Shown: piece by piece, positions 1 to 9,619 of the stretch | Layout of the letters: each line of letters begins with the position of its first letter | Numbering within the stretch: position 1 is the stretch's first letter | From: Promethearchaeota archaeon | GTDB lineage: Archaea > Asgardarchaeota > Heimdallarchaeia > Hodarchaeales > Hodarchaeaceae | Assembly: GCA_048938105.1 (NCBI GenBank) | Contig: JBHLMN010000007.1 | Coordinates: 128,001-192,000 of the forward strand | Direction of reading: 5' to 3' | Length of the DNA stretch: 64,000 nucleotides | The notes under the pieces: generated by a model | What the model saw: the letters and a program-made list of their open reading frames with translations, nothing else | Told to the model about the DNA's origin: nothing | Databases searched by the model: none | Made by a program: the position numbers and the translations under genes

Positions 1-906
1 GGGTACTGATGAGGTTGTCCAGAAAGTCGCTATCCCATCAAAAATAATATAGAAAAGGAGAATTATTCCAATAGAAGTAATAATAAAGATTGAAATATTA
101 AAGTATTCTTTAAATTGAGAAATAATAGGATTAAATTTTATCAGATAACGAAAATAAATTATTAAATTAACTAAACCCTTTAGAAGGACTGGATATCGTA
201 CCTTTTGGGTCTTTAAATATACAATCGCTAGAATTAATCCACTAACTATTCGAATGGAGAAATCCCAGATGGCTTGCTCTTCTGAATATTCGACAAGATT
301 TAAGAGAAAGGGGGGTATACTATAGATTATGGAAGATATTATTAATATCCAGCCTAGTCTGAACCGTTTCTTTATTAAAGCTTGAATTGTTGCTTTTCTG
401 TATAATAACTCTTCATAAACAGGTATAATTATTATTAATAATAGAATCAATGACAATTGATATTCTATATATCCAATTGCTATTCTTGACATCACAATCT
501 CTGGCCAGACTTTAATAATATCTGCTGTATCTGATATTATGAGTAAAGAGCTACTTAAATTCTCCAATAGGAAACTAATACATCCCACATAAAGTAAAAT
601 TACTATAAAAAGAAAACTTCGTGAGCTTATGTCAGATTGGAGTTCGATCTCATATGTTCTAAGTTTTTTGTTAAATAATAAGACTAAAACGAGAATACTA
701 ATTCCTTTTGCTATAATCATTTTTACAATATGTAAGAATTCATTAGAGTAGGAGAATAAATCACTATTAATCTGCCTGAAGCTTATTATGAAAAATTCTA
801 TTATTATGCTAAGAATAGATTCGATTGAAAGAATTAATAAGACTAATAGAACGGGTAAAAATAAAATTTTATTAATCTTCTTAGCAAATAACATGGGAAT
901 AACCAT
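1..906 (-). CDS. CPBP (Abi/type II CAAX protease) family multi-pass membrane protein, catalytically degenerate; 3' end runs off the window
   Basis: Manually translated open frame from ATG 906 (or 894) to position 1; hydrophobic; contains IIPVYEELLYRK (EExxxR motif). Not in the ORF track because it is truncated. Confidence 0.7.
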   Translation of the reverse strand, partial: MVIPMLFAKKINKILFLPVLLVLLILSIESILSIIIEFFIISFRQINSDLFSYSNEFLHIVKMIIAKGISILVLVLLFNKKLRTYEIELQSDISSRSFLFIVILLYVGCISFLLENLSSSLLIISDTADIIKVWPEIVMSRIAIGYIEYQLSLILLLIIIIPVYEELLYRKATIQALIKKRFRLGWILIISSIIYSIPPFLLNLVEYSEEQAIWDFSIRIVSGLILAIVYLKTQKVRYPVLLKGLVNLIIYFRYLIKFNPIISQFKEYFNISIFIITSIGIILLFYIIFDGIATFWTTSSVP

Positions 907-1108
907 ATTAACAGTAATACTTGAAGTATGTAAGATTATTTATCAGATAAGTTCAGTCTATTTTTTCACCATTCTTCTAAAAGATAATTGATGAAATTTG
1001 TCAGAAAAATAGTTAATTTAACAGAATTTTAATATTTCCCTTTTTGATTAATGAATTGAATTTTCACTCCTGATTGACAAAGTAACTTGTCTCTTTAAAT
1101 CAATACAT

Positions 1109-1134
1109 AAAAAAAGAAAGAGAAATAAAAAAAA
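1109..1134 (-). terminator. Oligo-T archaeal-type terminator of the 632-aa surface protein gene
   Basis: T8 and T7 runs on the minus strand about 20-45 nt after the stop at 1156. Confidence 0.5.
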
Positions 1135-1155
1135 GAGTGAAATGGGAGACTAAAA

Positions 1156-3054
1156 CTACTTTTCTCGGCGTTTAATTATTACTGCAATTGCAGCAAATAT
1201 TAAAAGCGCTGGTACAATGGAGAAACCTGGGGTGATGCCAGCTCCACCATCCTCTTCTCCTTCTCCTTCTGTGTCTTCAGGTAGACTTGATGGATCAGGG
1301 AGTTCCTCAAAATCTTGGTTTCTAAGATATGCAGCCAAGTCGAGACTAAGAGAACCATCGCCAAAATAAGTATAGCCATAATCGTCTGTATAATAAGGGA
1401 ATTCAACGAGAACTAAATCAGCCTCAATATCTAAACCCAAGCCTACTATTAAACCTTCATCAGTATACATCAACCATGCATTAATGTCTACCATTACATC
1501 AGCATAGGGTCTTTGTGAGATTGGAAATGGAAAGTCTTCCCAGTCAGTAGTATTCCATTCAACATTAGCAACGCCTGAAAGGTAAAAAACTTTGTAATCT
1601 TTGTTTGCTCGCATTTCATAAACAAAATCGAATTCATTGATGGTCATACCAATGGCAGCAAGTTCTTCTTCTGCTGAAGAAACAGTAACTGAGGATTCAA
1701 TTATGTCTAAGATTTCCGAAATACTAAGTATGGATGATTGCCACATATCCCAATCAGGGGTTATACCAGGAGCAAATGGTATTATTCCACCTGGTCCTCC
1801 ATCTTCAGGTACATAAAATAGCCAGTCTTTCCAGGGACCTGAACCTCTGTATTTAGATACGGGATTACCTGTGAAACCATTCCACCACATTCCTTCTACA
1901 TCGTTTCCATCATAGACATCAACAGCGGTCTCATAATAACAACCATCGACATCTGTGATTTCAAATTCAAAGATTTCTTCACCGATCATATCGTCAGCTT
2001 CGTCTTCATAATAATCTAGTGGGTCCGTAACATCGCTATTGTTCATGAATCCTGAAACATCGTATGAAAAAGACATATCGTCCATTTCAAGGGTAATTTT
2101 TTCATCCTCATCGATTTCTTCTGGGAGTGGGTTGGCTCTTTTCTCCTTAAAAGTGATATCAACATCCATGGTAAGTTCTTTGCCATTCTTCACTAGACTT
2201 CCTTTAACTTGACCACTTACTCTCTTTAAAATACCTGCATAATCCCCTTTTTCATGCCAAGCTATTTCGAGATCTAGGTCAAGATCTGGTTCAAATCCAA
2301 TAGCTGGAGGAGCGGTTACTTCAGTAGTAGTAGAAGTTTCAGTATGAGTGGTAGAAGTATCAGTAGGAGCAGTAGAACTATCAGTAGGAGTAGTAGTAGT
2401 TTCAGCAGCAGCTAAGTAAGCACCCGAACCAACATGACCCGTGACTTCTACTATGAATTCACCGTCTTCTATATTGACATCGAGGTCAACATTGAGATTC
2501 ATTTTAGCTAATACATCATTGAGATCCTCAAACATCTTCTCATATTCATCCCACTCGTCAGGATCAAGATAGAATGGAAGTCCTGGCTCATAATTAACCT
2601 CAAAATCCTCTTCGTAAAAATCCAGATAATCACTTCCAAAAATTGTCGCATTGGGGAGACTTAGGCCAACTCCTTCAGGAATTATGAGCTTGTTACCGAA
2701 GACCTCAGTGATTTCCGGTGGGGCATTTTCGGGGAATGGAATTTCGATGTCTTCTCCTAGAATAACATAAGAATTAAGGACATAGAACCCTCCGTTATCA
2801 TCTAGAGCCATTACTTTCATGGCTAAAGTGCTGCCTGTTAGATCAACAACGAGGTCTCCTAATGAATATCCCATGGGAAGTTCTATCAGTTCTCCCAGTA
2901 TATCTTCGACAGGAACCTCAAATTTGTTAACATCATAAATGAATGTGTCACCTGCTGTCATAACATCTTCATCTATATCTGCTAACCCTATTGATGGAAC
3001 CAATAATAACAAAAGAATACTTGTCGCTACTAAAAATGGATTTTTTCTTTTCAT
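1156..3054 (-). CDS. Acidic cell-surface (glyco)protein with signal peptide and PGF-CTERM-type sorting signal
   Basis: Signal peptide MKRKNPFLVATSILLLLLVPSIGLA; very D/E-rich; internal Thr-rich linker; C-terminus TPGF + TM helix + KRREK. Confidence 0.85.
   Translation of the reverse strand: MKRKNPFLVATSILLLLLVPSIGLADIDEDVMTAGDTFIYDVNKFEVPVEDILGELIELPMGYSLGDLVVDLTGSTLAMKVMALDDNGGFYVLNSYVILGEDIEIPFPENAPPEITEVFGNKLIIPEGVGLSLPNATIFGSDYLDFYEEDFEVNYEPGLPFYLDPDEWDEYEKMFEDLNDVLAKMNLNVDLDVNIEDGEFIVEVTGHVGSGAYLAAAETTTTPTDSSTAPTDTSTTHTETSTTTEVTAPPAIGFEPDLDLDLEIAWHEKGDYAGILKRVSGQVKGSLVKNGKELTMDVDITFKEKRANPLPEEIDEDEKITLEMDDMSFSYDVSGFMNNSDVTDPLDYYEDEADDMIGEEIFEFEITDVDGCYYETAVDVYDGNDVEGMWWNGFTGNPVSKYRGSGPWKDWLFYVPEDGGPGGIIPFAPGITPDWDMWQSSILSISEILDIIESSVTVSSAEEELAAIGMTINEFDFVYEMRANKDYKVFYLSGVANVEWNTTDWEDFPFPISQRPYADVMVDINAWLMYTDEGLIVGLGLDIEADLVLVEFPYYTDDYGYTYFGDGSLSLDLAAYLRNQDFEELPDPSSLPEDTEGEGEEDGGAGITPGFSIVPALLIFAAIAVIIKRREK
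2321..2401 (-). repeat. Four imperfect 18-21-bp tandem units encoding a Thr/Ser linker (TTTTPTD-SSTAPTD-TSTTHTE-TSTTTE)
   Basis: Plus-strand units each begin tcagta..., e.g. tcagtaggagcagtagaacta / tcagtaggagtagtagtagtt. Confidence 0.7.
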
Positions 3055-3213
3055 TCTAATTTCCTCATTTTTTCAAGAAGTCTTTATATCATAAAGATTC
3101 ATGTAAGATTCCATCTTATGAAAAGATATAAGATTTTCTAAATTATTTATAAAAAAATATTGAATGAAGAATTAAAGTTGTATTAAAGATATTAGTTTCA
3201 AATTCATATCACA

Positions 3214-3879
3214 TTACTGAGATTCTTTATGATTCAATTCAGCCAATTTGACACGAGTCACGAGAAATAGTAACCAGCTAGGTAGCAGTATAATCATGGA
3301 GAAAGCCGAATTAAATCCTAAATCACAAGCAATCAAAATTAAAGCTAATCCTACAAATAAGCTAATGTGTTGGATTAACCTAACATTAGGTTTGAGGTTA
3401 ATTAAATATCTGCTATAGGACATAATTATCAATATTAATCCCATTAATAAGAATATCTTTGTTAAATCTGCATTAAAAAGATTCGGACTTAAAAAATATA
3501 CTAAGAGGATGAATTCTGCAATAAGAATGCTTAAAACACTTCCAAAGCACCCAGAACATATAGAGTAAGACCCAATTTTGAATTCGTGATTAGTTTGAAG
3601 AAAAGGAGCGTGATGACAAAGGTTCACTGTGTAGGAAGGAATCACTCCTGAGAAGTATAGATGCAATTGAAGGAGTCTGGGAATGATTGCCAATCCAGCA
3701 AACATGAACATTCCGATTAGAAATTGTCGAGTAATCCATTCTTCATCTAAAGGACTTGAATAACTATTGTTTAAAACTGTAATTATAATAAAACTAATTA
3801 TCAAAATAATAAAAGGAGTACCAATAGTTAGAGCTTTCTTTATTAAAATACTCAAAGTGAGGCATCCTAAATTTGGCAA
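3214..3879 (-). CDS. DUF2085-like membrane protein
   Basis: Multi-TM; LCHH...ICSGCFG resembles the CHQ...CxRCxG signature of DUF2085. Confidence 0.55.
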   Translation of the reverse strand: MPNLGCLTLSILIKKALTIGTPFIILIISFIIITVLNNSYSSPLDEEWITRQFLIGMFMFAGLAIIPRLLQLHLYFSGVIPSYTVNLCHHAPFLQTNHEFKIGSYSICSGCFGSVLSILIAEFILLVYFLSPNLFNADLTKIFLLMGLILIIMSYSRYLINLKPNVRLIQHISLFVGLALILIACDLGFNSAFSMIILLPSWLLFLVTRVKLAELNHKESQ

Positions 3880-3964
3880 TTAACCTTAGTGATAATGAAA
3901 TTTAAAACTACTTAGAAATTTATGTTATTGAAGTTGATTAAGAATTAACACCTTGGGGAACCTT

Positions 3965-4960
3965 ATGAAAATTATGGTAACTGGTGGAACAGGGTTTATA
4001 GGAAGTCACATTGTGGACGCTCTGGAAAGAAGTTTTCCTCCTTCGAACATTTCATTGATAGTACGGGATTTAACGAAAGCAAACATGAGATCAAAAGCTG
4101 GATTGTCTATTTTTCAAGGAGATATTACTAATCCTAATTCATTAAATTATGCAATGAATGATTTTCATCCTAATGTGATTATTCATGTGGCCGCCCTTGC
4201 AGATGATTGGGCTCCCCTTTCGCGATTAATGGAGGTCAACGCCCAAGGTACTCAAAATGTTATTGATGCAATGGTTCAATCGAATTCAGCGCACTTTATA
4301 ATACACATTTCCTCCTCAGGGGTTTATCCACGAAAAACATCAATTCACTTAACAGAAGATACTCCGTATGGCCCCTATGGTAACTATCACAAATCTAAAG
4401 TTGTTGCTGAAAAGATAGTCAAGGATGCTATCGAAAAGAAACTCATAGATGCGACCATTATACGACCTCCTAATGTAATGGGAATTAGAGATTTTACACA
4501 TATGGCAAAAATGTGTCAAGTGATCAAAAAGGGAAAATTTCCAATGATACGTAATGGACAAGCCCTGCAAACATGGGTTGCCGCCACAGATTTAGCTCGA
4601 GCTGTAATTCTTGTTATAAATCAACAAGATAAAGCGATTGGTCAGATATATAACATAAAATCTTTTGAAATTACGGTAAAAGAATTATATGACCAAATTG
4701 CTACTAAATTAAATGTTTTAGAACCTCCGAAGAATTATCCTTATTTTCTGGCATATATTGTAGGCTTTATCTCTGAGATTATTGGAAAAATTAAACATAA
4801 GCCATCAACTCTCAATCGTTACCGTATTATTAAATTCGGCAAAAACCGTCTTTTTGACGATTCAAAAATCCATTCTGAACTAGGTTACCACCCTGAAACA
4901 TCAGCAGAAGAAACAATCACTGCTACAGTTGAATGGTTACTAAAAGAAGGGATCGTATAA
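3965..4960 (+). CDS. NAD-dependent epimerase/dehydratase (extended SDR, 3-beta-HSD-like)
   Basis: TGGTGFIG, HVAA, YHKSK (YxxxK), IRPPNVMG; ATG 3965 preferred over TTG 3953. Confidence 0.88.
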   Translation: MKIMVTGGTGFIGSHIVDALERSFPPSNISLIVRDLTKANMRSKAGLSIFQGDITNPNSLNYAMNDFHPNVIIHVAALADDWAPLSRLMEVNAQGTQNVIDAMVQSNSAHFIIHISSSGVYPRKTSIHLTEDTPYGPYGNYHKSKVVAEKIVKDAIEKKLIDATIIRPPNVMGIRDFTHMAKMCQVIKKGKFPMIRNGQALQTWVAATDLARAVILVINQQDKAIGQIYNIKSFEITVKELYDQIATKLNVLEPPKNYPYFLAYIVGFISEIIGKIKHKPSTLNRYRIIKFGKNRLFDDSKIHSELGYHPETSAEETITATVEWLLKEGIV

Positions 4961-4983
4961 GAATAAATGCAGGTTGTGAACGT

Positions 4984-5481
4984 ATGGAAGCATTATATAT
5001 CGTTAAAACACTCTGTTATGCCCTAGAGAATCAAATGCATTTTGTGACCCGTGATTTAGACATAAAAGATTTACGCTGGAGACCAGAAATTGGTTCACCA
5101 GCAATAGGGTGGACGGTAGGGCATGTGCTCGTTAATCATGATTTTATTGCAAACCACAGATTTTGTGGTAATCTCATAACTCTCTCTGATGAGTATATTA
5201 CAACTTTTGGAATGGGCTCAAAAGGCGACTTCCCTAAGACATTTACTTTAGAAGATCTATTTGATAAATTTAAGCTTGTGAATGGAAAAATAACAAGAAA
5301 ACTAGATTCTGAAACTAATGATTGGCTTGAGGAATCTTTTGATGACTCTGGTTTTCCCCCAAATTGGCAAAATAAAAATATTGGAAAAGCATTCATTTTA
5401 CATTTCAACCATGAATTCACTCATGCGGGGCAGATCTTAGAAGTTCGACGCATGCGGGGTTGTGAAGCATGGGGATTCTAA
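4984..5481 (+). CDS. DinB/YfiT family metal-binding four-helix protein
   Basis: WRP..IGWTVGHV and HEFTHAGQI His motifs; ATG 4984 avoids overlap with the upstream gene. Confidence 0.8.
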   Translation: MEALYIVKTLCYALENQMHFVTRDLDIKDLRWRPEIGSPAIGWTVGHVLVNHDFIANHRFCGNLITLSDEYITTFGMGSKGDFPKTFTLEDLFDKFKLVNGKITRKLDSETNDWLEESFDDSGFPPNWQNKNIGKAFILHFNHEFTHAGQILEVRRMRGCEAWGF

Positions 5482-5511
5482 AAACTCTGTGAATTACGAA
5501 GAGGAAATATT

Positions 5512-6537
5512 TTGCTTCAAAATATTGAAAGAATTGTAAGAGTAGAATGGATTGCTCAAGAACTTCTACAACGATTTGAAACATCTGGCCCATTAATTGA
5601 AACAATCATTGATATCTTTCCAGATAATGTCCAGATAAAAGAGGAAACCTACAAACCATCTCATTATCTCATTATCCAAGGATCTTTTGATCCTCCAACT
5701 TTATCGCATATAGATCTTATTTCTAAAGCAATTGACCACCGTTTTAAACTCGATCCGTCAGATAAATTTAAAGTTATACTCTTACTTTCTCTTTCTCATG
5801 TAGATAAAAAAATAAATGTCATAAATCGCTCATTGCTAGGTTATCGAGTTGAGATGTTGGAGACATCATTTTCTTATCTTAAACCAAAGATACCTATTTC
5901 AATTGGTTTGTCAAATGTGGCACGATACATTGATTTGATAGATGCAACTCAGCAATTTTCTATTAATGTGAAAAAAATTTCTTTTATCATGGGAATGGAT
6001 GTCTTTAAAAAACTTCTGGATCCTTATTATTACTCAAAGTCTTTAGATCAAGTATTACCCTTGATTTTTAGAGCTGATTATCTAATTGCAGGTAGAGAAG
6101 ACGTTTTCTCAAGAGAAGAATTTAATATATTCCTCAATGAACATTTACATCACCAATTTCATAAAAACATTCATTTCTTATCAATGCCAAAATCCTATAG
6201 ATTTCTTAATGCAACCGCTATTCGAGAAAAATATTCTAAAAAGCAATCTATTCAGGAGACTTATCTTCATTCCACAGTAAAAAAATATCTAGAAAAGAAT
6301 AATATATACTATTTAACTTCTAAACGGATAGCAACAAAAATAGCAATCCAATTAGTTGTACATTTGACATTAACAGCTGGTAAAGATCAATTAACAGCTA
6401 TAAAAATCTTGGAACAGTTGTTACCGGAAATTGAGAGTGATACTTCGCTCCAACAGAAATTAATTTCTGAGTACAAAATAGGAAAAAAGGGGGAAATTAG
6501 AAAAAAATGGATTCAAATAAGCAACCTAATTTCATAA
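5512..6537 (+). CDS. Nicotinamide/nicotinate mononucleotide adenylyltransferase (Pof1-like nucleotidyltransferase)
   Basis: QGSFDPPTLSH (H/TxxH), LLSLSHVDK, IMGMD, NATAIRE (SST-like); adjacent to pncC. Confidence 0.75.
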   Translation: MLQNIERIVRVEWIAQELLQRFETSGPLIETIIDIFPDNVQIKEETYKPSHYLIIQGSFDPPTLSHIDLISKAIDHRFKLDPSDKFKVILLLSLSHVDKKINVINRSLLGYRVEMLETSFSYLKPKIPISIGLSNVARYIDLIDATQQFSINVKKISFIMGMDVFKKLLDPYYYSKSLDQVLPLIFRADYLIAGREDVFSREEFNIFLNEHLHHQFHKNIHFLSMPKSYRFLNATAIREKYSKKQSIQETYLHSTVKKYLEKNNIYYLTSKRIATKIAIQLVVHLTLTAGKDQLTAIKILEQLLPEIESDTSLQQKLISEYKIGKKGEIRKKWIQISNLIS

Positions 6538-7112
6538 GAGAACTCCAAACAATTATTAGCAAACCTAAACAAATAGAAAATACGTACCCAATGTCTTATG
6601 GATTACTTCATCGATATACTAAAGAAATTATTATTCCTATGATGCATCAAAAGGATTTAACAATTGCCACAGTTGAATTAACAACCTGTGGTCTCATTAG
6701 TGATCTCCTAACAGGATCTAGTGGGGCTTCACAGATTTTTATTCTTGGAATGACCCCCTACTCAAATGAGATGAAGATTAAATTAGGAATACCCCGCGAG
6801 GATTTATCATTCAAGGGTTATGGGGTTGCGTCTCCTGAGATCGCTAAACAACTGTCACAGCGAATAAGGGATTATTCAGGAGCAAAAATTGGCTTGGCAG
6901 AGACTGGATTAATAACATCAGCAGAATTAAGGAAAAGAAGAACAAAGAAGGAAGCTGGTGAGGTATATGCAGCTATAACTTTCAACGAGGAAGTGTCAGT
7001 TACAAAATTACAGATCCAAAAAGGTCTGAAACGAAGAGAAATGCGCCAAGAAATAGCTTTCCGTGTTTTACGATTTCTAGAATCTTTTTTGACTCCTTTA
7101 GGAACCGATTAA
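6507..7112 (+). CDS. pncC: CinA C-terminal domain / NMN deamidase
   Basis: LTIATVELTTCGLI, GAS, PYSNEMK, GLAETG, GEVY; overlaps upstream gene by 31 bp. Confidence 0.78.
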   Translation: MDSNKQPNFIRELQTIISKPKQIENTYPMSYGLLHRYTKEIIIPMMHQKDLTIATVELTTCGLISDLLTGSSGASQIFILGMTPYSNEMKIKLGIPREDLSFKGYGVASPEIAKQLSQRIRDYSGAKIGLAETGLITSAELRKRRTKKEAGEVYAAITFNEEVSVTKLQIQKGLKRREMRQEIAFRVLRFLESFLTPLGTD

Positions 7113-8653
7113 TTATTAACTTTATAGATGACATCAAGGAGAGTTCCATCCCGAAATTCAACTGCCGTGCAAATCTCATCTGTGAAATCAGGCTGTAAAG
7201 GAGCCGCCTGACTATAAGCCATATCTCGTAGTTCAGTAATATCTGTTATATCTATCTCTGCTTTTGTCAATTTATCTTTGAGTTTAGTTCTCCTTGGATT
7301 AACAGCTATACCTGCATCGGTTATCACAACATCTATCATTTCTCCAGGTGTTGAGACAGTAGTTACTCGATCTCGGACAATTGGTACCTTTCTAGCAATA
7401 GGACATGTAATAATTGTTAACTGAGCAGCAGCTGCATCAGTATGTCCTCCAATACCATGAAGTAGTAATCCATCTGAATGTGTATTGACATTTACGTTGA
7501 AATCAATATCAATCTCAGTTGCTCCAAGAGCTACTACATCAACAAAGTGTGCAAGTGGACCTCCTGGAGCCCAAATATTGTAAGAATTCTGAGCTGACCA
7601 CTCATAATGACAGGGATTTTCTCGTAAAGATCTAGCAGCAGCAAGATCAAATGACTGTCCATCAAATATCTTCCTCACCAAACCTTCTTCCAGCAGTTTA
7701 ACTGCTGCCTCTGTGGTCCCACCGTGAATAAATGATCCTTGGATTTCTCTTTCAATCATCAATTCGTGTAAGAATCGTGTTGTTCCAAGGGATACTCCTC
7801 CCGCCCCTGCTTGAAAAGATAATCCTTCCTTTATATATCCAGCGGCTTCTGCTACTTTGACTACCCGTTCCGCAATTTCTAGATGACCTTTTGTTACATT
7901 TCTTCCAAGGGAGCCTGCTACAATCTTATTGGGATCTCCAATACGATCTACTGTTACTATATAATCTACTTTATCTCCCTTTATACTCACAGGATAAACA
8001 GGTTCATCGGTTAAGAGATTATCTGTTACAAGAACCACTTTATCTGCGTAAACTGAATCAGTTTCGTTAGCGAACCCGCAAGCACCGTAAGCAGAAGGTC
8101 CTTGACATCCGTTCATGTTACCCATTTCATCCACAGCGGGAGCAGCAATAAAAGAAACGTTAAGATGGAGTTCTCCGCACTCTACAGCGCGTGCTCGTCC
8201 TCCATGCGAACGTAAACTGGTAGGAATGTCTATTTCTCCTATAGAAACAGCTTTACCAATGGGACCATTCATCGATCCAGAAATACAGCCAATTACACCA
8301 GAATGAATGTGTTCAATAAGAGGTTCATGATTAGGAAATAAAGCAGTAGATGCTATAGTTAAATTTTTGTAACCCATTGAAGCGATAGTATCCATAACCT
8401 CACAAATGACAAAATCGCCGTATCTGAGATTGTGAATAAAGCCAATGGTCATACCATCACTAAGATTTACCTTTGAAATGACCTGTTCTAAATCATCGAA
8501 TATTCGTTTAGTTTTACTCGTAGTAATGTGTGAAGGGTACTTACGTCCAACTTTAGATCCTTTAGGTACAGTTGAATATGCTCCTCTGTAAGGTTCATAT
8601 GTTCTATCAAATATCTTTTCTGGTACTTCTCTTCTAACCGCATTTATTACCAT
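7109..8653 (-). CDS. citF: Citrate lyase alpha subunit (citrate CoA-transferase)
   Basis: 514 aa; HNLRYGD, LRSHGGRARA, SFQAGAGG, ALGATEIDIDFNVNV, GGHTDAA, TPGEMIDVVITDAGIAVNPRR, VEFRDG. Confidence 0.92.
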   Translation of the reverse strand: MVINAVRREVPEKIFDRTYEPYRGAYSTVPKGSKVGRKYPSHITTSKTKRIFDDLEQVISKVNLSDGMTIGFIHNLRYGDFVICEVMDTIASMGYKNLTIASTALFPNHEPLIEHIHSGVIGCISGSMNGPIGKAVSIGEIDIPTSLRSHGGRARAVECGELHLNVSFIAAPAVDEMGNMNGCQGPSAYGACGFANETDSVYADKVVLVTDNLLTDEPVYPVSIKGDKVDYIVTVDRIGDPNKIVAGSLGRNVTKGHLEIAERVVKVAEAAGYIKEGLSFQAGAGGVSLGTTRFLHELMIEREIQGSFIHGGTTEAAVKLLEEGLVRKIFDGQSFDLAAARSLRENPCHYEWSAQNSYNIWAPGGPLAHFVDVVALGATEIDIDFNVNVNTHSDGLLLHGIGGHTDAAAAQLTIITCPIARKVPIVRDRVTTVSTPGEMIDVVITDAGIAVNPRRTKLKDKLTKAEIDITDITELRDMAYSQAAPLQPDFTDEICTAVEFRDGTLLDVIYKVNN

Positions 8654-8821
8654 TAGAATCAGCTTTTACCAACTAATTTCCCCTAAAAATCATTTTTAGG
8701 GTGGTTGAAAAATTGAGAAATATCTTTTGTAGGAAGGAAAATACCAATTTAGAAGATTGAGATTTAATAAAAAAGCTTTAAATCATCTTAACTGGAATAT
8801 ACTAGATTTTTGAGGCATTAG

Positions 8822-9601
8822 TTATTGAAAAAAAAGCTGATTAATGATGGTTTGAAGTTTAGGATCTGAAGGTTCCCCTTCCCAAATGATACTTTTATCT
8901 AGACAAACAACTCTTGTAGTGAAATCACGTAGAAAACTCATTCTGTGAGTCACTAAAATTATTGTCAGATTTTGCTTCTGATGAAGCTGCTGAATCAAAT
9001 CCATGATAGCTCGTTCTATTCGGAAATCTAAAGCGGCAGTGGGCTCATCTAATAACATTATTTTAGGATTACTAGCTAATGATCGTGCAATCATTACTTT
9101 TTGTTGTTGACCTCCGCTCAGGTGCCCAATAGGCCGTTTACGGAACTTCCACATATCAACTGAACGAAGGGCATTCTCAATATATGGATCAGTCCTTTTC
9201 ACACGCTTCAAAAATCCAACTTGAGCATATCGTCCCATAGCAACAACATCTTCAACAAGAGCTGGAAAATTACGATCAATGTTGTGAATTTGAGGGACAT
9301 ATCCAATATTAATGCCTTGATGATATTCTTCACATGGCTGCATTAGTGGATCTTTACTATAAAATCGAATAGTTCCATAACTTAGTGGAACGAGATTTAA
9401 TATTGCTTTGAGGAGAGTTGACTTTCCTGATCCATTTGGCCCACAAATTCCAAGTATTTCTCCTTCGTAGACATCGAGATTTATATTAGCCAATGCAACA
9501 ACGTTTTGATAAGCAACAACAGCATTGTTTATACATATTAAAGGAGTCAAACTCCTCTTTACACCAGACATATCAATTTCAGTTTCAGTTGTGGTAGTCA
9601 T
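8822..9601 (-). CDS. znuC: Zn/Mn ABC importer ATP-binding subunit
   Basis: GPNGSGKST, IGYVPQ, LSGGQQQ, LLDEP, VTH. Confidence 0.9.
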   Translation of the reverse strand: MTTTTETEIDMSGVKRSLTPLICINNAVVAYQNVVALANINLDVYEGEILGICGPNGSGKSTLLKAILNLVPLSYGTIRFYSKDPLMQPCEEYHQGINIGYVPQIHNIDRNFPALVEDVVAMGRYAQVGFLKRVKRTDPYIENALRSVDMWKFRKRPIGHLSGGQQQKVMIARSLASNPKIMLLDEPTAALDFRIERAIMDLIQQLHQKQNLTIILVTHRMSFLRDFTTRVVCLDKSIIWEGEPSDPKLQTIINQLFFQ

Positions 9602-9619
9602 ACTCGATCACTTCGAAAG

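Noticed and set aside
788-991. 67-aa plus-strand ORF
   Set aside because: Antisense shadow of the longer minus-strand CPBP-like gene
2321-2401. Short tandem units as a CRISPR-like array
   Set aside because: In-frame coding Thr/Ser linker with no spacers and no cas genes
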